Below are positions 48,928-62,600 of a DNA stretch of 64,000 bases, one piece after another. Below the pieces are notes generated by a model. The model worked only from the letters and a program-made list of their open reading frames with translations, had not been told where the DNA came from and did not search any database. The first letter of the stretch is position 1. Every line of letters starts with the position of its first letter. Source of the stretch: the human T2T-CHM13v2.0 reference genome, Homo sapiens; NCBI RefSeq assembly GCF_009914755.1, contig NC_060936.1. The stretch is one strand, 5' to 3'. Both the position numbers and the translations under genes were made by a program.

Positions 48928-51672
48928 AGAGATCAAAACCATATGCATAAAATATGCATTAAATTTTTTTCTGGGATTTCTAAGGCAGGAGAGCTGTGAC
49001 ACATACTGGGTAAAGTTGCCAAAAACAACAGAGTAATGTAATTGATAAACCACAAATGCACTATTCATTTATACTTTTCTAATTTCAGAAGACCAAAATT
49101 AGATTCTCAAAGAGTAGATTGTGAGAGCTTCTTCTGCATTTAAAAATGGTGTTAAATATTCATTATTACTATAAAGTGACTTGCGTTGGCAGAATACTTT
49201 TTTCTTTTTTACTAAATTGGTTCGATTTTTCTTCAATGAACAAATTATATTTGTAAATTAAAAATATATTTGTCTCTTACTGTGGAGAAAAATTAGAGAA
49301 AAAATATTTGCCATAAAATGGTAGCGTTCTAACAAATTATCACTAAACAATATCGGTTACAGACACTGTGTTAAACAGTTTGCCTATGTATTGTTTAATT
49401 TTTATGAGATTTTACACTAAAACAGATTTTCATTATTAAAGAATCCAAAAGATTAATTTAAACTTAATGATATCTCACTGTATGAGCTGATTCTGTGTCA
49501 TGGACTACAGAAATAAAATAATAATTATTTTTTATTATAAGCATATATTCTACTCTGTAGTTAATTTGCTATCACTGATCCTGATGACATTGTTTCCTTG
49601 GCTCAGGGTAGCTGGGTCTTGCTTCGTTGCTATTGTTTAATTTTCCATACAACATTCTACAGTAAGACAATATTTTTGACATTATTTCATTTACCATTTT
49701 AATTTTATAAAATCTTGAAACAAAAAGGCACTAAAACTTGCTAAGTTCACTCATACTATGTATTGCTATCATTGGGAGTATTTACACAAAATGATTTATG
49801 AGATACTTATCTGAATGATACATATTTTTATATTTCCTAGCATCAAAGTAGAAATATCATCCCCCAAAACCAAATGTAAGCTAGAATTTCAAAGAGACGG
49901 AGTTGAATAATTTTGAAATGCACTTTCAACCTACTGAAAATAGATAAAAAGTAAAATAGAATACTTATTTGTTAAAGTTTTCTTCCATATTCATTTTTTG
50001 GTTACCAAAAACTTCAAATTTTCTGGATATTTTATGGGAAAGATTACATTGCATTTCAAGTTGTATCAGAATATAAAAACCATACAGGTTTTTGAAAAAA
50101 AATTATCTGACAATTTTCAGTCTACTTCTGTAGTTCTTAGGTTTATAGATAAAACAGGACATTTTTCCAATGATTTGTCTGCAAAATGTAGCTTAAAAAA
50201 AAACAACAAACTATCAGATTCTACGAAAAATGAAAATGAACACAAAAGTGATTATTTTATAGAGTAAGGAGTTTTCATTGCTATGAATAGCTCCTAACTT
50301 GTGACCATATTCTGCATTTCCTTTTCTCAGTTATCTTGAGAAATATGTTCATGTTCTGATTTTTTAAAAAATTAGAAAAACTCAGAAATGCCTAAGAATC
50401 ACACCTAACTTTATTTCACTGCAAGTACATTTTATGCATTCAGTACTGAATTTTAAAGGTGATAACTAATTTTAAATTCATCACTTCATTACACATCACT
50501 AAAATAAATTATATAAATAAGCTTATTGGAAATATTTTCCTATTTTATTAAAGATTATATTTCTTTTTGGAAAGAAATAATCAAAGCAATACTTTGAGGT
50601 AAGGCAAGGAAACTTGGATGCATTGAATGCTCTTACTAGTAAACCAAGAGAAAAAACTTCATTTAAAAAAACTTAAATCATAAATATACATTCCATAGTA
50701 TTAAGAAATAAGGTGGGTTGTAGATGTTTGATGTTGCTGGATAGAATGGTGAGATGACTAAGACCATTTAAAAGTATATCATCATGTTAGTACATAGTCA
50801 TCAATTTGCTTGCTGAGACAAGTTGTTAAGCTGCTCAAAACTTAGAGACTTCCAAAGGGATGTTTATACCCAATATACTTCTCACTTCTTCATAATTATG
50901 TTAGTTCAACATGGTAATAGCAAAGTATTTGGGGATTATAGCTTATGCATAAATAAAATGAAAGATATCAATTTTATAAAAGATGCAAGAGAGGAACTGG
51001 AAATACATCTATAAGTAACTGTGCTACCAGTGAAATATTATAGTGTTATTTGAACCTAGATTTATTAGTTGTAATCCATCTTTTATGCTCTAGGGCAAGC
51101 ATTGAATGTCTGTTTTTAAAATAAGTATACTGATATGCTAAGAAAGGAGGATAAATAGAATCCTGTAGAAAGAAAGAAAGTGGAAGAAGAAAAAAAGAAA
51201 AAAGTGAATGATCAGAAATAGTTAAAAATAAGGTATGATAAACCAACTATGTCTGTTAGTAATCTTATAAACTGTGAATGGTTTAGGTACTCCAGATAAA
51301 AGACAAAGACTATAATAATGCATTTTTAAAAATAACAAAATGGTATGTATATATACACAGTGAAATACTATTTATTCTCAAAAAAGAAGGAAATTCTGTG
51401 ATTTGTGACGATGTGTATGAACCTAGAGGACATTATGCTAAGTGAAATAAGTCAAGCACAAAAATACAAATACCTCATGATCTCACTTACTTGTGGAATC
51501 TAAAAAAGTTGAACTCATAGAAGTAGAGTAGAATGATGGTTACCAAAATATGTTCATTAGCTTGATTTAATCATTATGCAATGTATACATATATCAAAAT
51601 AGCACATTATACGGCATAATATATGTAGTTATTATTTCTTAATTAAAAATAAAAAATCAACACCCAACTAGT

Positions 51673-51975
51673 CCTTCTCTTTTTCTTTTCTTTTGACAGG
51701 GTCTCAATTTGGGTCTCACAGTGTCACCCAGGCTGGAGTGCAGTGGCACAATCACTGCTCACTGCACCCTGGATCTCTCAGGCTTAAGCGATCTTCCTCA
51801 GCTAAAACCACAGGACGCAACAAGCTCCACCACACAGGCCAATTTTTGCACTTTTTGTAGAGATGAGGTTTCACCATGTTGCCCAGCCCGCTGTCAAACT
51901 CCTGGACTCAAGCAATCCACCTGCCTCGGCCTGCCAAAGTGCTGGGATTACAGGTTTGAGCTACCATGCCTGGCT
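51673..51975 (-). mobile_element. AluJ
   Basis: Antisense Alu with gacagggtctca and ggactcaagcaatcc. Confidence 0.85.
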
Positions 51976-52240
51976 GAAGAAACATGCTTTAAATACAAGG
52001 ACACATAGATTGAAAGTAAAGAAAGATATAGTATGCTAAGATTGGCCAGTGGAAAACTGGATTAGTTATATTCATTTCAGACAAAAGCTAGCCTACAGCA
52101 AAAGAAATGATCAGAGATGGAAAGGAGCATTAGATATTGATAAAGAAGTCAAATCTAGAAGACATAATGATCCTTAATGTATGTGTACCTAAGAATAGAG
52201 CATCAAAATATGTGAGGTAAACATTATGTAAGTTTAAGGA

Positions 52241-52417
52241 GAAATCCACTATTACAGTGGGAAATTTCAACACAAACCTATCAGCAGTCTACTATTACTA
52301 TCAGAAATCCACTATTACAGTGGGAAATTTCAACACAAACCTATCAGCAGTCCACTATTACTATCAGAAATCCACTATTACAGTGGGAAATTTCCACACA
52401 AACCTAATTCAGCAGTC
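52241..52417. repeat. 63-bp minisatellite, ~2.8 copies, within the L1 endonuclease region
   Basis: gaaatccactattacagtgggaaattt starts at 52241, 52304 and 52367. Confidence 0.95.
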
Positions 52418-52697
52418 AGTAAATCAGGAGGGATGTAAATGAAATGAGGAACACTATCATTAATTGGATCTAATTACCATTTGTTGACCACTTCATCCAA
52501 CAACAGCAAGATACACTTTCTTCTCAAGATCACATGAGTCATTCACAAAGATAGTTTAAATTTTAGGCCATAAAACACACCTAACAAATGTTTAAAAATT
52601 AAAATCATACAAAGTTTAACCTCATATCACAACAAAATTAAACTAGATTGGAAAAAAAAACCAAAATTATGTATAAGATAAAATTGCATTTTTTAAT

Positions 52698-53003
52698 TAT
52701 TATTATTATTATTTTTTTTTTTTGAGACAGAGTCTCGCTCAGTCGCAGGCTATAGTGCAGTGGCGCGATCTCGGCTCACCGCAAGCTCCGCCTCCCGGGT
52801 TCACGCCATTCTCCTGCCTCAGCCTCTGGAGTAGCTGGGATTACAGGTGCCCGCCATCACTCCTGGCTAATTTTTTTTGTATTTTTAGTAGAGACGGGGT
52901 TTCACCGTGTTAGCCAGGATGGCCTCAATCTCCTGACCTCGTGATCCGCCCATCTCGGCCTCCCAAATTGCTGGGATTACAGGCGTGAGCCACCGCACCG
53001 GCC
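52698..53003 (-). mobile_element. AluY inserted in the tail of an AluJ
   Basis: gcaagctccgcc, ttcacgccatt and gtgttagccaggatgg diagnostics. Confidence 0.93.
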
Positions 53004-53311
53004 TTTGTTTTTAATTTTGTAGAGACAGAGGAGTCTTGCTTTGTCACCCAGGCTGGAGTGCAGAGGCACAATTATAGCTCAGTATAACCTGGAACTCCTT
53101 GGCTGAGGCAATCTTCCTGCTTCAGGCTCTCCAGTAGCCAGGACTACAGGCATATGTCACCATGCACAACTAATTTTTTAAAATTATTTTTTGGAAAGAT
53201 GATGTCTCACTATGTTCCCCAGGCTGGTCTTGAATTCCTGGCCCCAAGCAATCCTCTCTCCTTGACCTCCCAGACTTCTGCGATTACATGCACCATCCAC
53301 TGTGCCCAGCC
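53004..53311 (-). mobile_element. AluJ
   Basis: Diverged antisense Alu; outer TSD aaaattgcatttt / aaaattgcacttc. Confidence 0.85.
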
Positions 53312-56300
53312 TAAAAATTGCACTTCTAAATAATGTATGGTTAAAATAGTTTGAACTAAATGAAAATAAAATCAAAATGTCAGTATTTGTGCGATACAGT
53401 AAAAACAGTACTTAGAGGGAATTTTATAGCATTGAATGCATTTATTTGAAAATAAGAAAGATTAAAAACTTGTTTTTATCTTATAAAACTAGAAAGAAAT
53501 AAAATTAAATCCAAAGTAAGCAGAATAAAATAATTTATAAATTAGACTAGAAATCAATTAAATTAAAAACAGATAACCAATAGAAACAGATTAAACCTGT
53601 TTCTTTGAAAAAATAATAAAATTGATAATCCTTTAGTCAGGCTACCCCCACCCCCCTAAAAAAAGAGAGAATATACAAATTTTTAGCAGAAATGAAAGTG
53701 GGGCCATCACCACTATGATTTCATGGACATTTCAAGAATAATAAAGGAATATTAAGAAACACTCTATGACCACAGTTAGATGAAATGGACGATTCCTCAA
53801 AAGACACAATCTGCCAAAACTCACACAAAAACAAACAGATAATAGGAGAAGTTAAGCCAATGTTTAATAACCAAATCAGAAAAAGCCAGGTCTTAATGGA
53901 TTCACTGGTAAATTTTAGGCAAGAAATAATACTGATTCTCCACAATATCTTGCAGAAAATAGAAGCAATTGAAATACATCCTAACTCATACTATGAAGCC
54001 AATGTTACCCTAATATCAAAACCAGACAAAAACCTTATAAGAAATGTGTATTACAGACCAATATTTCTCATACACCTAGGCATAAATATCCTCAACAAAA
54101 TGTAAGCATTATGAATTATGCACTATGAACAATTGAGATTTATGTCAGTATGCAAGACTGGTTAAGTTTTTCAAAAATCCATTTATGTAATTCACCACAT
54201 CAACAGGCTAAAGGAAAAAAACATGCAATCCCATGCTATTGTATTAATAGATGTAGAAAAAGGATTTGACAAAATCCAATAGCCATTTATGATAAACTCT
54301 TAAGAAACACAAAGAGCAGAGTGGAGATTCTTTGGCATGAAAACATATACCAAAAAATTTACAGCTAACATCACCCTTAATGGTGAGAAACTAAGTGCTT
54401 TCACACTGAGATAAGAACAAAGCATGAATGTCCTCTCTCATTACTACTATTCAACATCCTACTGGAAGTCCTAGACAATGCAGAAAATCGTGAAAAGAAA
54501 ATAAAAGATATATCAATGAGAAAGGAGGGATAAACATCTTTGTTCACATATGATATAATTATTTATGTAAGAATTGTCAAAGAATTTTAAAAAACCTACT
54601 GAAACTAATAAGTAATTTTGGCAAAGTTTCAATATACAAAGTTAATACACACAAGTCAATTGCCTTCCTGTTTATCAGTAAGAAAAAAATGAACTTTGAA
54701 ATTAAAAACATATCATTAAAATTTAGCACCAAAAATGCAAACGCTGCGGTATAAATCTGACAAAATATGTATACGATCTATACAAGGAAAACTACACAAC
54801 TCTGTTGAAAGAAATAAAAGAAGATTTAAATAAATGAAGATGTTTCAAGTTCGTGAACAGAAAGACTCAATATTGTTAATATGTCAGGTTGTCCCAACTT
54901 AGCCTAAAGATACAATGCAATATCAAGCAAGATCTTAACAAATTATTTTATGGATTTATTTTATGGATATTGACAATGTGATTCTAAAGTTTATATTAAA
55001 GGGAAATGATTCAGAAGAGCCAACACAACAGCAAAGGACAGCCAGAGGACTGACACTACCCAACTTTAAGACTCATATGAGGCTATGATAATAAAGACAT
55101 GGTGTTATTGGTGAAAGAATAAATCAATCAATCAGTGGAACAGAATAAAATGTCCCCAAATCAACCCTCACATACATTGTCAAATGATTTTTGATGAATA
55201 AAGTGAGACAATCCAATGGAAAAAAGATGCTGAAAAGAAAAATAATGCTGGAACAACTAGACATGCACATGATTTAAAAAAAGGAATCTAGAAACAGACC
55301 TTACACATATCAAATTATCTCAAAATGGACCATATGCCTAAATTTAAAATGCAAAATTATAAAATTTCTACATAACATAGGGAAAATCTAGGTAACCTTG
55401 AGTTTAGAGGTGATATTTTATGTATAACACCAAAACACTATACAGGAAAAAGATCAGGTAATTTGGACATTATCAAAATAAAATCTTCCACTCTCCTAAT
55501 GACAGTGTTTAGAGAATGCAAAGTTAAGCCACAGGCTGGGAGAAAATATTTGCAAAACACATATCTAATAAAGAACTTTTATCCAAATATACAAATAACT
55601 CTTAAAACTGAACAGTAAGGAAAACATTTTAATTAAAAAATGGGCAAAATACAGGGCCAGACATTTTATCAAAGAAGATCTATAAATGGCAAATCAGTAT
55701 ATGATAAGGGAAATGAATTGCAAATTAAAACCACAATAAGATATCACGACACACCTATTAGAATGGCTAAAATCCAAAATGCTGACAACACGAATTGCTG
55801 TCCAGGTTGTGGAGCAACAGGAACTCGCATTCATTGCTTGTGCAAATACAAAATGGTACAGCTACTTTTAAAGACAGTCTAGCAGTTTCTTATGAAGCTA
55901 AAGAGTCTTACCGTATGTTCCAGTAATCACACTCTTTGGTATTTTCTCAAACGAGTTGAAAACTTGTGTCCATACAAAAAAATTGCACCCAAATGTTTAA
56001 AGCAGCTTTATTCCTAATTGCTAAAACTTAGAAGCAAATTGTGGGGCATCCATAGGACAGAATATTATTTAGCGAAAGAAAGAAATCTACTCATGAAATG
56101 AATTAAGGAAACTTTAAATGCATGCTGCTGTGTGAAAGAGCCCTATTTGAAAAGGCTACATACTATATAACTCCAACTATATGACATTCTGGAAAAGGCA
56201 AAACTAAAGAGACAGTAAAAACATGAGTAGTTGCCAGGATCTTGAGCAGAGAATGGAATGAACAGGCAGAACACAGGATTTTGGGGGCAGTGAAACTATT

Positions 56301-57548
56301 TGTATGACAGTGTAATGACAGATAAAGGACTTTATGTATTGGGGAAAACCCACAGAACTCTACAAAACAAGGTGCAAACCACAAAATAAAATATACATTT
56401 TTGTTATTAATAATGTATCAATATTGCTTGATCAATTATAATGAATGTACCACAGTAATGGAAGACGTTAATAATCAGGAAAATCAGAGGGGGCATTTGG
56501 GAACCCTTGTACTTTTTGTTAATTTTTTTCTGTAAACTTAAAACTTCTCTAAAAAATGAATTATATTAATTTAAAAAATAAGATGAGTTTTTTTAGTCAT
56601 TGTTGTTTTCCAATAATTATTTTATAAGTAATAAAATAGCCTAATAAGTAGAGCAACATATAGATGAATATTAATCCAAAATAAAAATGCAAGGGGTTTA
56701 TAAGCAGAAAAGTTATGTAAGAAATTATAAAGAAAAACAGTTAAAACTTTGACATAAAAATTAACTCCATAAAAAAGAAAATTGTAAATATTCAACTAAA
56801 ATTAGAAAAAATACAAATGAGAATAAATATTGGTGAGGTATTAGAAAATAAGTGTCAATATCTTAAAGCAGCATAATTTAGTCCATTCTGTAATAGAAAT
56901 TAGTACTTATGACTGGGGTACTGCCTCAAAAACTAAAATCAAATATTTGTAGAATTGTTTTAGGGGTTCAGCAGTAGGTAGTGAGAAAAAATATATATCA
57001 TCAGGGTATGAGACAGTATCCAAATTTTGTAGTGGAAAATATTTAGTGCAATACACCAGCAAAGAACTGGAAAACATATGATACAGCTAATTTACCCAGG
57101 ATTGGTGGGTAACAGGAGGTTAAAATAGCTTGTTGGTAGCACATAATTTTTGCTCTTTGCTGTGTTTGACAAGGCATTATAAGAAACTTATAGCTAAGCA
57201 AAGCATTAGCCATTTTGCAAGCAAGAATAAAAGGGAATAGAAAAGAGTAAATAAATTTAGGCATCAGGATGGAAAAGACAAAATGATAGTTGGTCAATAT
57301 TAAATGATAAGAATGAATGTATTTTAGAAAAGAAGACCATGAAGTACAACTAACCCTGCTACAAGAACTAAAACAGTGCCATCACAAGACCCAGTGTTCA
57401 TAACTAGAAATGAATTAAGGTGGTGCCTGAGAATTCCTCTTTATTATACCCTTGTTTGGCTCTGTTCTTACATAAAGATCATATTAAGAAAGCATTGTTC
57501 AAAAATGAGTACACATTATAGGAAATTACTCAAAAACCCAATACTAGC

Positions 57549-58001
57549 TGTCAGGCCTCTGAGCCCAAGCCAAGCCATCGCATCCCCTGTGACTTGCACG
57601 TATAAGCCCAGATGGCCTGAAGTAACTGAAGAATCACGAAAGAAGTGAATATGCCCTGCCCCACCTTAACTGATGACATTCCACCACAAAAGAAGTGTAA
57701 ATGGCTGGTCCTTGCCTTAAGTGATGACATTACCTTGTGAAAGTCCTTTTCCTAGCTCATCCTGGCTCAAAAAGCACCCCCACTGTGCACCTTGCAACCC
57801 CCACTCCTGCCCGCCAGAGAACAAACCCCCTTTGACTGTAATTTTCCTTTACCTACCCAAATCCTATAAAACAGCTCCACCCTTATCTCCCTTCGCTGAC
57901 TCTCTTTTCGGACTCAGCCCACCTGCACCCAGGTGAAATAAATAGCTTTATTGCTCACACAAAGCCTGTTTGGTGGTCTCTTCACACGGAAGTGCATGAA
58001 A
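57549..58001 (+). promoter_or_regulatory. 5' LTR7 (LTR7up-like): SOX-type ACAAAAG 57686-57692, TATAAAA 57865-57871, AATAAA 57937-57942
   Basis: tgtcaggcctctgagcccaagc start; duplicated (a)aaagaagtg..ccttaa.tgatgacatt blocks; ends catgaaa. Confidence 0.9.
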
Positions 58002-58003
58002 TT

Positions 58004-58021
58004 TGGTGCCGTGACTCAGAT
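58004..58021 (+). other. Primer-binding site, tRNA-His
   Basis: tggtgccgtgactcagat, one mismatch to TGGTGCCGTGACTCGGAT. Confidence 0.92.
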
Positions 58022-58144
58022 AGGGGGACCTCCCTTGGGAGATCAATCCCCTGTCCTCCTGTTCTTTGCTCCGTGAGAAAGATCCACCTACCACCTCAGG
58101 TCCTCAGACCGACCAGCCCAAGAAACATCTCACCAATTTCAAAT

Positions 58145-58153
58145 CCAGTAAGC
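58145..58153 (+). promoter_or_regulatory. HERV-H leader splice donor (CCA|GTAAGC)
   Basis: aaatccagtaagcggcc; the family sequence as recalled is CCG|GTAAGC. Confidence 0.6.
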
Positions 58154-58439
58154 GGCCTCTTTTTACTCTTCTCCAACCTCCCTCACTATCCCTCAACCTG
58201 TTTCTCCTTTCAATCTTGGCGCCACACTTCAATCGCTCCCTTCTCTTAATTTCAATTCCTTTCATTTTCTGGTAGAGACAAAGGAGACACGTTTTATCCA
58301 TGGACCCAAAACTGTGGCACCGGTCACAGACTGCGAAGGCAGGCTTCCCTTGGTGTTTAGTCATTTCAGGGATGCCTCTCTGATTATTCACCCACGTTTC
58401 AAAGATGTCAGACCACGCAGGGACACCTGCCTTGGTCTC

Positions 58440-58830
58440 TCACCCTTAGCGGCAAGTCCCGCTTTTCTGGGGAAGGGGCAAGTACCCCAACCCCTTCTCT
58501 CCTTGTCTCTACCCCTTCTCTGCTTTTCTAGGGGAGGGGCAAGTACCCCTCAACCCCTCTCCTTCACCCTTAGCGGCAAGTCCCGCTTTTCTATGGGGCA
58601 AGAACCCCCAATCCCTTATTTCCACGCCCCAACCTCACATCTCTGCGCCCCAATCCCTTATTTCTGAGCCCCAACCTCTTATATCTCTGCACCCCAATCC
58701 CTTATTTCTGCACCCCAACCTCTTACATCTCTGTGCCCCAATCCCTTATTTCTGTGCCCCAACCTCTTATTTCTGTGCCCCATCCCTTATTTCCATGCCC
58801 TGACCTGTTATCTCTGTGCCCCAACCCCTT
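58440..58830 (+). repeat. HERV-H leader tandem repeats
   Basis: cacccttagcggcaagtcccgcttttct twice; alternating ccccaatcccttatttc / ccccaacctc units. Confidence 0.85.
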
Positions 58831-58917
58831 TTCCCACTTTTCTGGAAGGTAAGAACCCCTGAACCCCTTCCCTCCATTTCTCTACTCTCTCTTTTCTCTA
58901 GGCTTGCTTCCTTCACT

Positions 58918-60170
58918 ATGGGCAACCTTCCACCCTCCATTCCTCCTTCTACTCCCTTGGCCTGTGTTCTCAAAAACTTAAAACCTCTTCAACTCACACC
59001 TGACCTAAAACCTAAAATGCCTTATTTTCTTCTGCAATGCCGCTTGACCCCAATACAAACTCGACAGTAGTTCCAAATAGCCAGAAAATGGCACTTTGAA
59101 TTTTTCCATCCTGCAAGATCTAAATAATTCTTGTCGTAAAATAGGCAAATGGTCTGCGGTGCCTGACATCCAGGCATTCTTTTATACATCAGTCCCTTCC
59201 TAGTCTCTGTGCCCAGTGCAACTCGTCCCAAATCTTCCTTCTTTCCCTCTCGCCTGTCCCCTCAGTACCAATCCCAAGCGTCGCTGAGTCTTTCTAATCT
59301 TCCTTTTCTACAGACCCATCTGACTTCTCCCTTCCTCCCCAGGCTGCTCCTCACCAGGCCGAGCTAGGTCCCAATTCTTCCTCAGCCTCTGCTCCTCCAC
59401 CCTATAATCTTTTTATCACCTCCCCTCCTCACACCTGGTCCGGCTTACAGTTTCGTTCTGTGACTAGCCCTCCCCTTCCTGCCCAGCAATTTACTCTTAA
59501 AAAGGTGGCTGGAGCCAAAGGCATAGTCAAGGTTAATGTTCCTTTTTCTTTATCCCAAATCAGATAGCGTTTAGGCTCTTTTTCATCAAATATAAAAATC
59601 CAGCCCAGTTCATGGCTCATTTGGCAGCAACCCTGAGACACTTTACAGCCTTAGACTCTAAAAGGTCAAAAGGCTGTCTTATTCTCAAAATACATTTTAT
59701 TACCCAATCTGCTCCCGACATTAAATAAAACTCCAAAAATTAAATTCCGGCCCTCAAACCCCACAACAGGATTTAATTAACCTCGCCTTCAAGGTGTACA
59801 ATAATAGAAAAAAGTTGCAATTCCTTGCCTCCACTGTGAAACAAACCCCAGCCACATCTCCAGCACACAAGAACTTCCAAACACCTGAACCGCAGCGACC
59901 AGGCGTTCCTCCAGAACCTCCTCCCACAGGAGCTTGCTACACGTGCCGGAAATCTGGCCACTGGGCCAAGGAATGCCTGCAGCCCGGGATTCCTCCTAAG
60001 CCGCGTCCCATCTGTGTGGGACCCCACTGAAAATCAGACTGTTCAACTCACCTGGCAGCCACTCCCAGAGCCCCTGGAACTCTGGCCCAAGGCTCTCTGA
60101 CTGACTCCTTCCCAGATCTTCTTTGCTTAGCTGCTGAAGACTGACACTGCCCGATGGCCTCGGAAGCCCT
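58918..60170 (+). pseudogene. gag: HERV-H gag relic
   Basis: MGNLPPSIPPS start; CCHC knuckle CYTCRKSGHWAKEC in ORF 59794-60030; second knuckle broken by TGA. Confidence 0.88.
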
Positions 60171-60174
60171 CTAG

Positions 60175-62600
60175 ACCATCACGGACGCCGAGCTTCGGGT
60201 AACTCTCACAGTGGAAGGTAAGCCCGTCCCCTTCTTAATCAATACGGAGGCTACCCACTCCACATTACCTTCTTTTCAAGGGCCTGTTTCCCTTGCCTCC
60301 ATAACTGTTGTGGGTATTGACGGCCAGGCTTCTAAACCTCTTAAAATCCCCAACTCTGGTGCCAACTTAGACAATACTCTTTTAAGCACTCCTTTTTAGT
60401 TATCCCCACCTGCCCAGTTCCCATATTAGGCTGAGACACTTTCACTAAATTATCTGCTTCCCTGACTATTCCTGGACTACATCTGTATCTCATTGCCGCC
60501 CTTCCTCCCAATCCAAAGCCTCCTTTGTGTCTTCCTCTTGTATCCCCCCACCTTAACCCACAAGTATAAGATACCTCTACTCCCTCCTTGGCGACCGATC
60601 ATGCACCCCTTACCATCTCATTAAGACCTAATCACCCTTACCCCACTCAACGCCAATATCCCATCCCGCAGCACGCTTTAAAAAGATTAAAGCCTGTTAT
60701 CACTCACCTGCTAGAGCATGGCCTTTTAAAGCCTATAAACTCTCCTTACAATTCCCCCATTTTACCTGTCCTAAAACCAGACAAGCCTTACAAGTTATTT
60801 CAGGATCTGCACCTTATCAACCAAATTGTTTTGCCTATGCACCCCGTGGCGCCAAACCCATATACTCTCCTATCCTAAATACCTGCCTCTACAACCCATT
60901 ATTCTGTTCTAGATCTCAAACATGCTTTCTTTACTATTCCGTTGCATCCTTAATCCCAGCCTCTCTTCGCTTTCACTTGGACTGACCCTGACACCCATCA
61001 AGCTCAGCAAATTACCTAGGCTGTACTGCCGCAAAGCTTCACAGACAGCCCCCATTACTTCAATCAAGCCCAAATTTCTTCCTCATCTGTTACCTATCTC
61101 GGCATAATTCTCATAAAAACACACGTGCTCTGCCTGCCAATCGTGTCCGACTGATCTCTCAAACCCCAACCCCTTCTACAAAACAACAACTCCTTTCCTT
61201 CCTGGGCATGGTTGGATACTTTCGCCTTTGGATACCTGGTTTTGCCACCCTAACAAAACCATTACATAAACTCACAAAAGGAAACCTAGCTGACCCCATA
61301 GATCCTAAATCCTTTCCCCACTCCTCTTTCCGTTCCTTGAAGACAGCTTTAGAAACTGCCCCCACTCTAGCTCTCCCTGACTCATCCCAACCCTTTTCAT
61401 TACACACAGCTGAAGTGCAGGGCTGTGCAGTCAGAATTCTTACATAAGGACCAGGATCGCGTCCTGTAGCCTTTTTGTCCAAACAACTTGACCTTACTGT
61501 TTTAGGTTGGCCATCATGTCTCCATGCAGCCGCTTCTGCTGCCCTAATACTTTTAGAGGCCCTCAAAATCACAAACTATGCTCAACTCACTCTCTACAGT
61601 TCTCATAACTTCCAAAATCTATTTTCTTCCTCATACCTGATGCATATACTTTCTGCTTCCCGGTTCCTTCAGCTGTACTCACTCTTTGTTGAGTCTCCCA
61701 CAATTACCATTGTTCCTGGCCCAGACTTCAATCCGGCCTCCCACATTATTCCTGATACCACACCTGACCCCCATGACTGTATCTCTCTGATCCACCTGAC
61801 ATTCACCCCATTTCCCCAGATTTCCTTCTTTCCTGTTCCTCACCCTCATCACGCTTGATTTATTGATGGTAGTTCCACCAGGCCTAATTGCCACACACCA
61901 GTAAAGGCAGGTTATGCTACAGTACAAGCCACTAGCCAGCCTCTTAGAACCTCTCATTTCCTTTCCATCGTGGAAATCTATCCTCAAGGAAATAACTTCT
62001 CAGTGTTCCATCTGCTATTCTACTACTCCTCAGGGATTATTCAGGCCCCTTCCCTTCCCTACACATCAAGCTCGAGGATTTGCCCCACCCAGGACTGGCA
62101 AATTAGCTTTACTTAACATGCCCTGAGTCAGATAACAAAAATACCTCATAGTCTAGGTAGATACTTTCACTGGATAGGTAGAGGCCTTTCCTACAGGGTC
62201 TGAGAAGGCCACCCCAGTCATTTCCTTCCCTTCTGTCAGACATAATTCCTCAGTTTAGCCTTCCCACCTCAATACAGTCTGATAACAGACGAGCCTTTAT
62301 TAGTCAAATCAGCCAAGCAGTTTTTCAGGCTCTTAGTATTCAGTGAAACCTTTATATCCCTTACAGTCCTCCGCCTTCAAGAAAAGTAGAATGGACTAAA
62401 GGTCTTTTAAAAACACACCTCACCAAGCTCAGCCACCAACTTAAAAAGGACTGGACAATACTTTTACCACTTTCCCTTCTCAGAATTCAGGCCTGTCCTC
62501 TGAATGCTACAGGGTACAGCCCATTTAAGCTCCTGTATAGACGCTCCTTTTTATTAGGCCCCAGTCTCATTCCAGACACCAGACCAACTTAGACTGTGCC
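60175..62600 (+). pseudogene. pol: HERV-H pro-pol relic
   Basis: Protease FLINTEAT (DTG changed to NTE); RT YNSPILPV..QDL, LDLKHAFF and LPQSFTDSP with YxDD absent; IN VDTFTG*VEAFP and IQSDN; multiple stops. Confidence 0.88.

Larger units (their letters stand above)
51240..56580 (+). mobile_element. L1MC1/2-like element, ORF2 relic plus 3'UTR, with nested L1MA fragment (~51330-51655) and Alus
   Basis: ORF 53785-54105 (HPNSYYEANVTLISKPDK...YRPI); L1MC 3'UTR aaaacccacagaactctacaa...taataatgtatcaatattg. Confidence 0.8.

Noticed and set aside
49998-50267. 89-aa ORF
   Set aside because: Non-ATG start, AT-driven K/N/F composition and no motif.
52241-52417. CRISPR-like repeat array
   Set aside because: Contiguous tandem units without unique spacers, in a primate L1, with no cas genes.
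58004-58021. tRNA gene
   Set aside because: Only the 18-nt retroviral primer-binding site complementary to tRNA-His.
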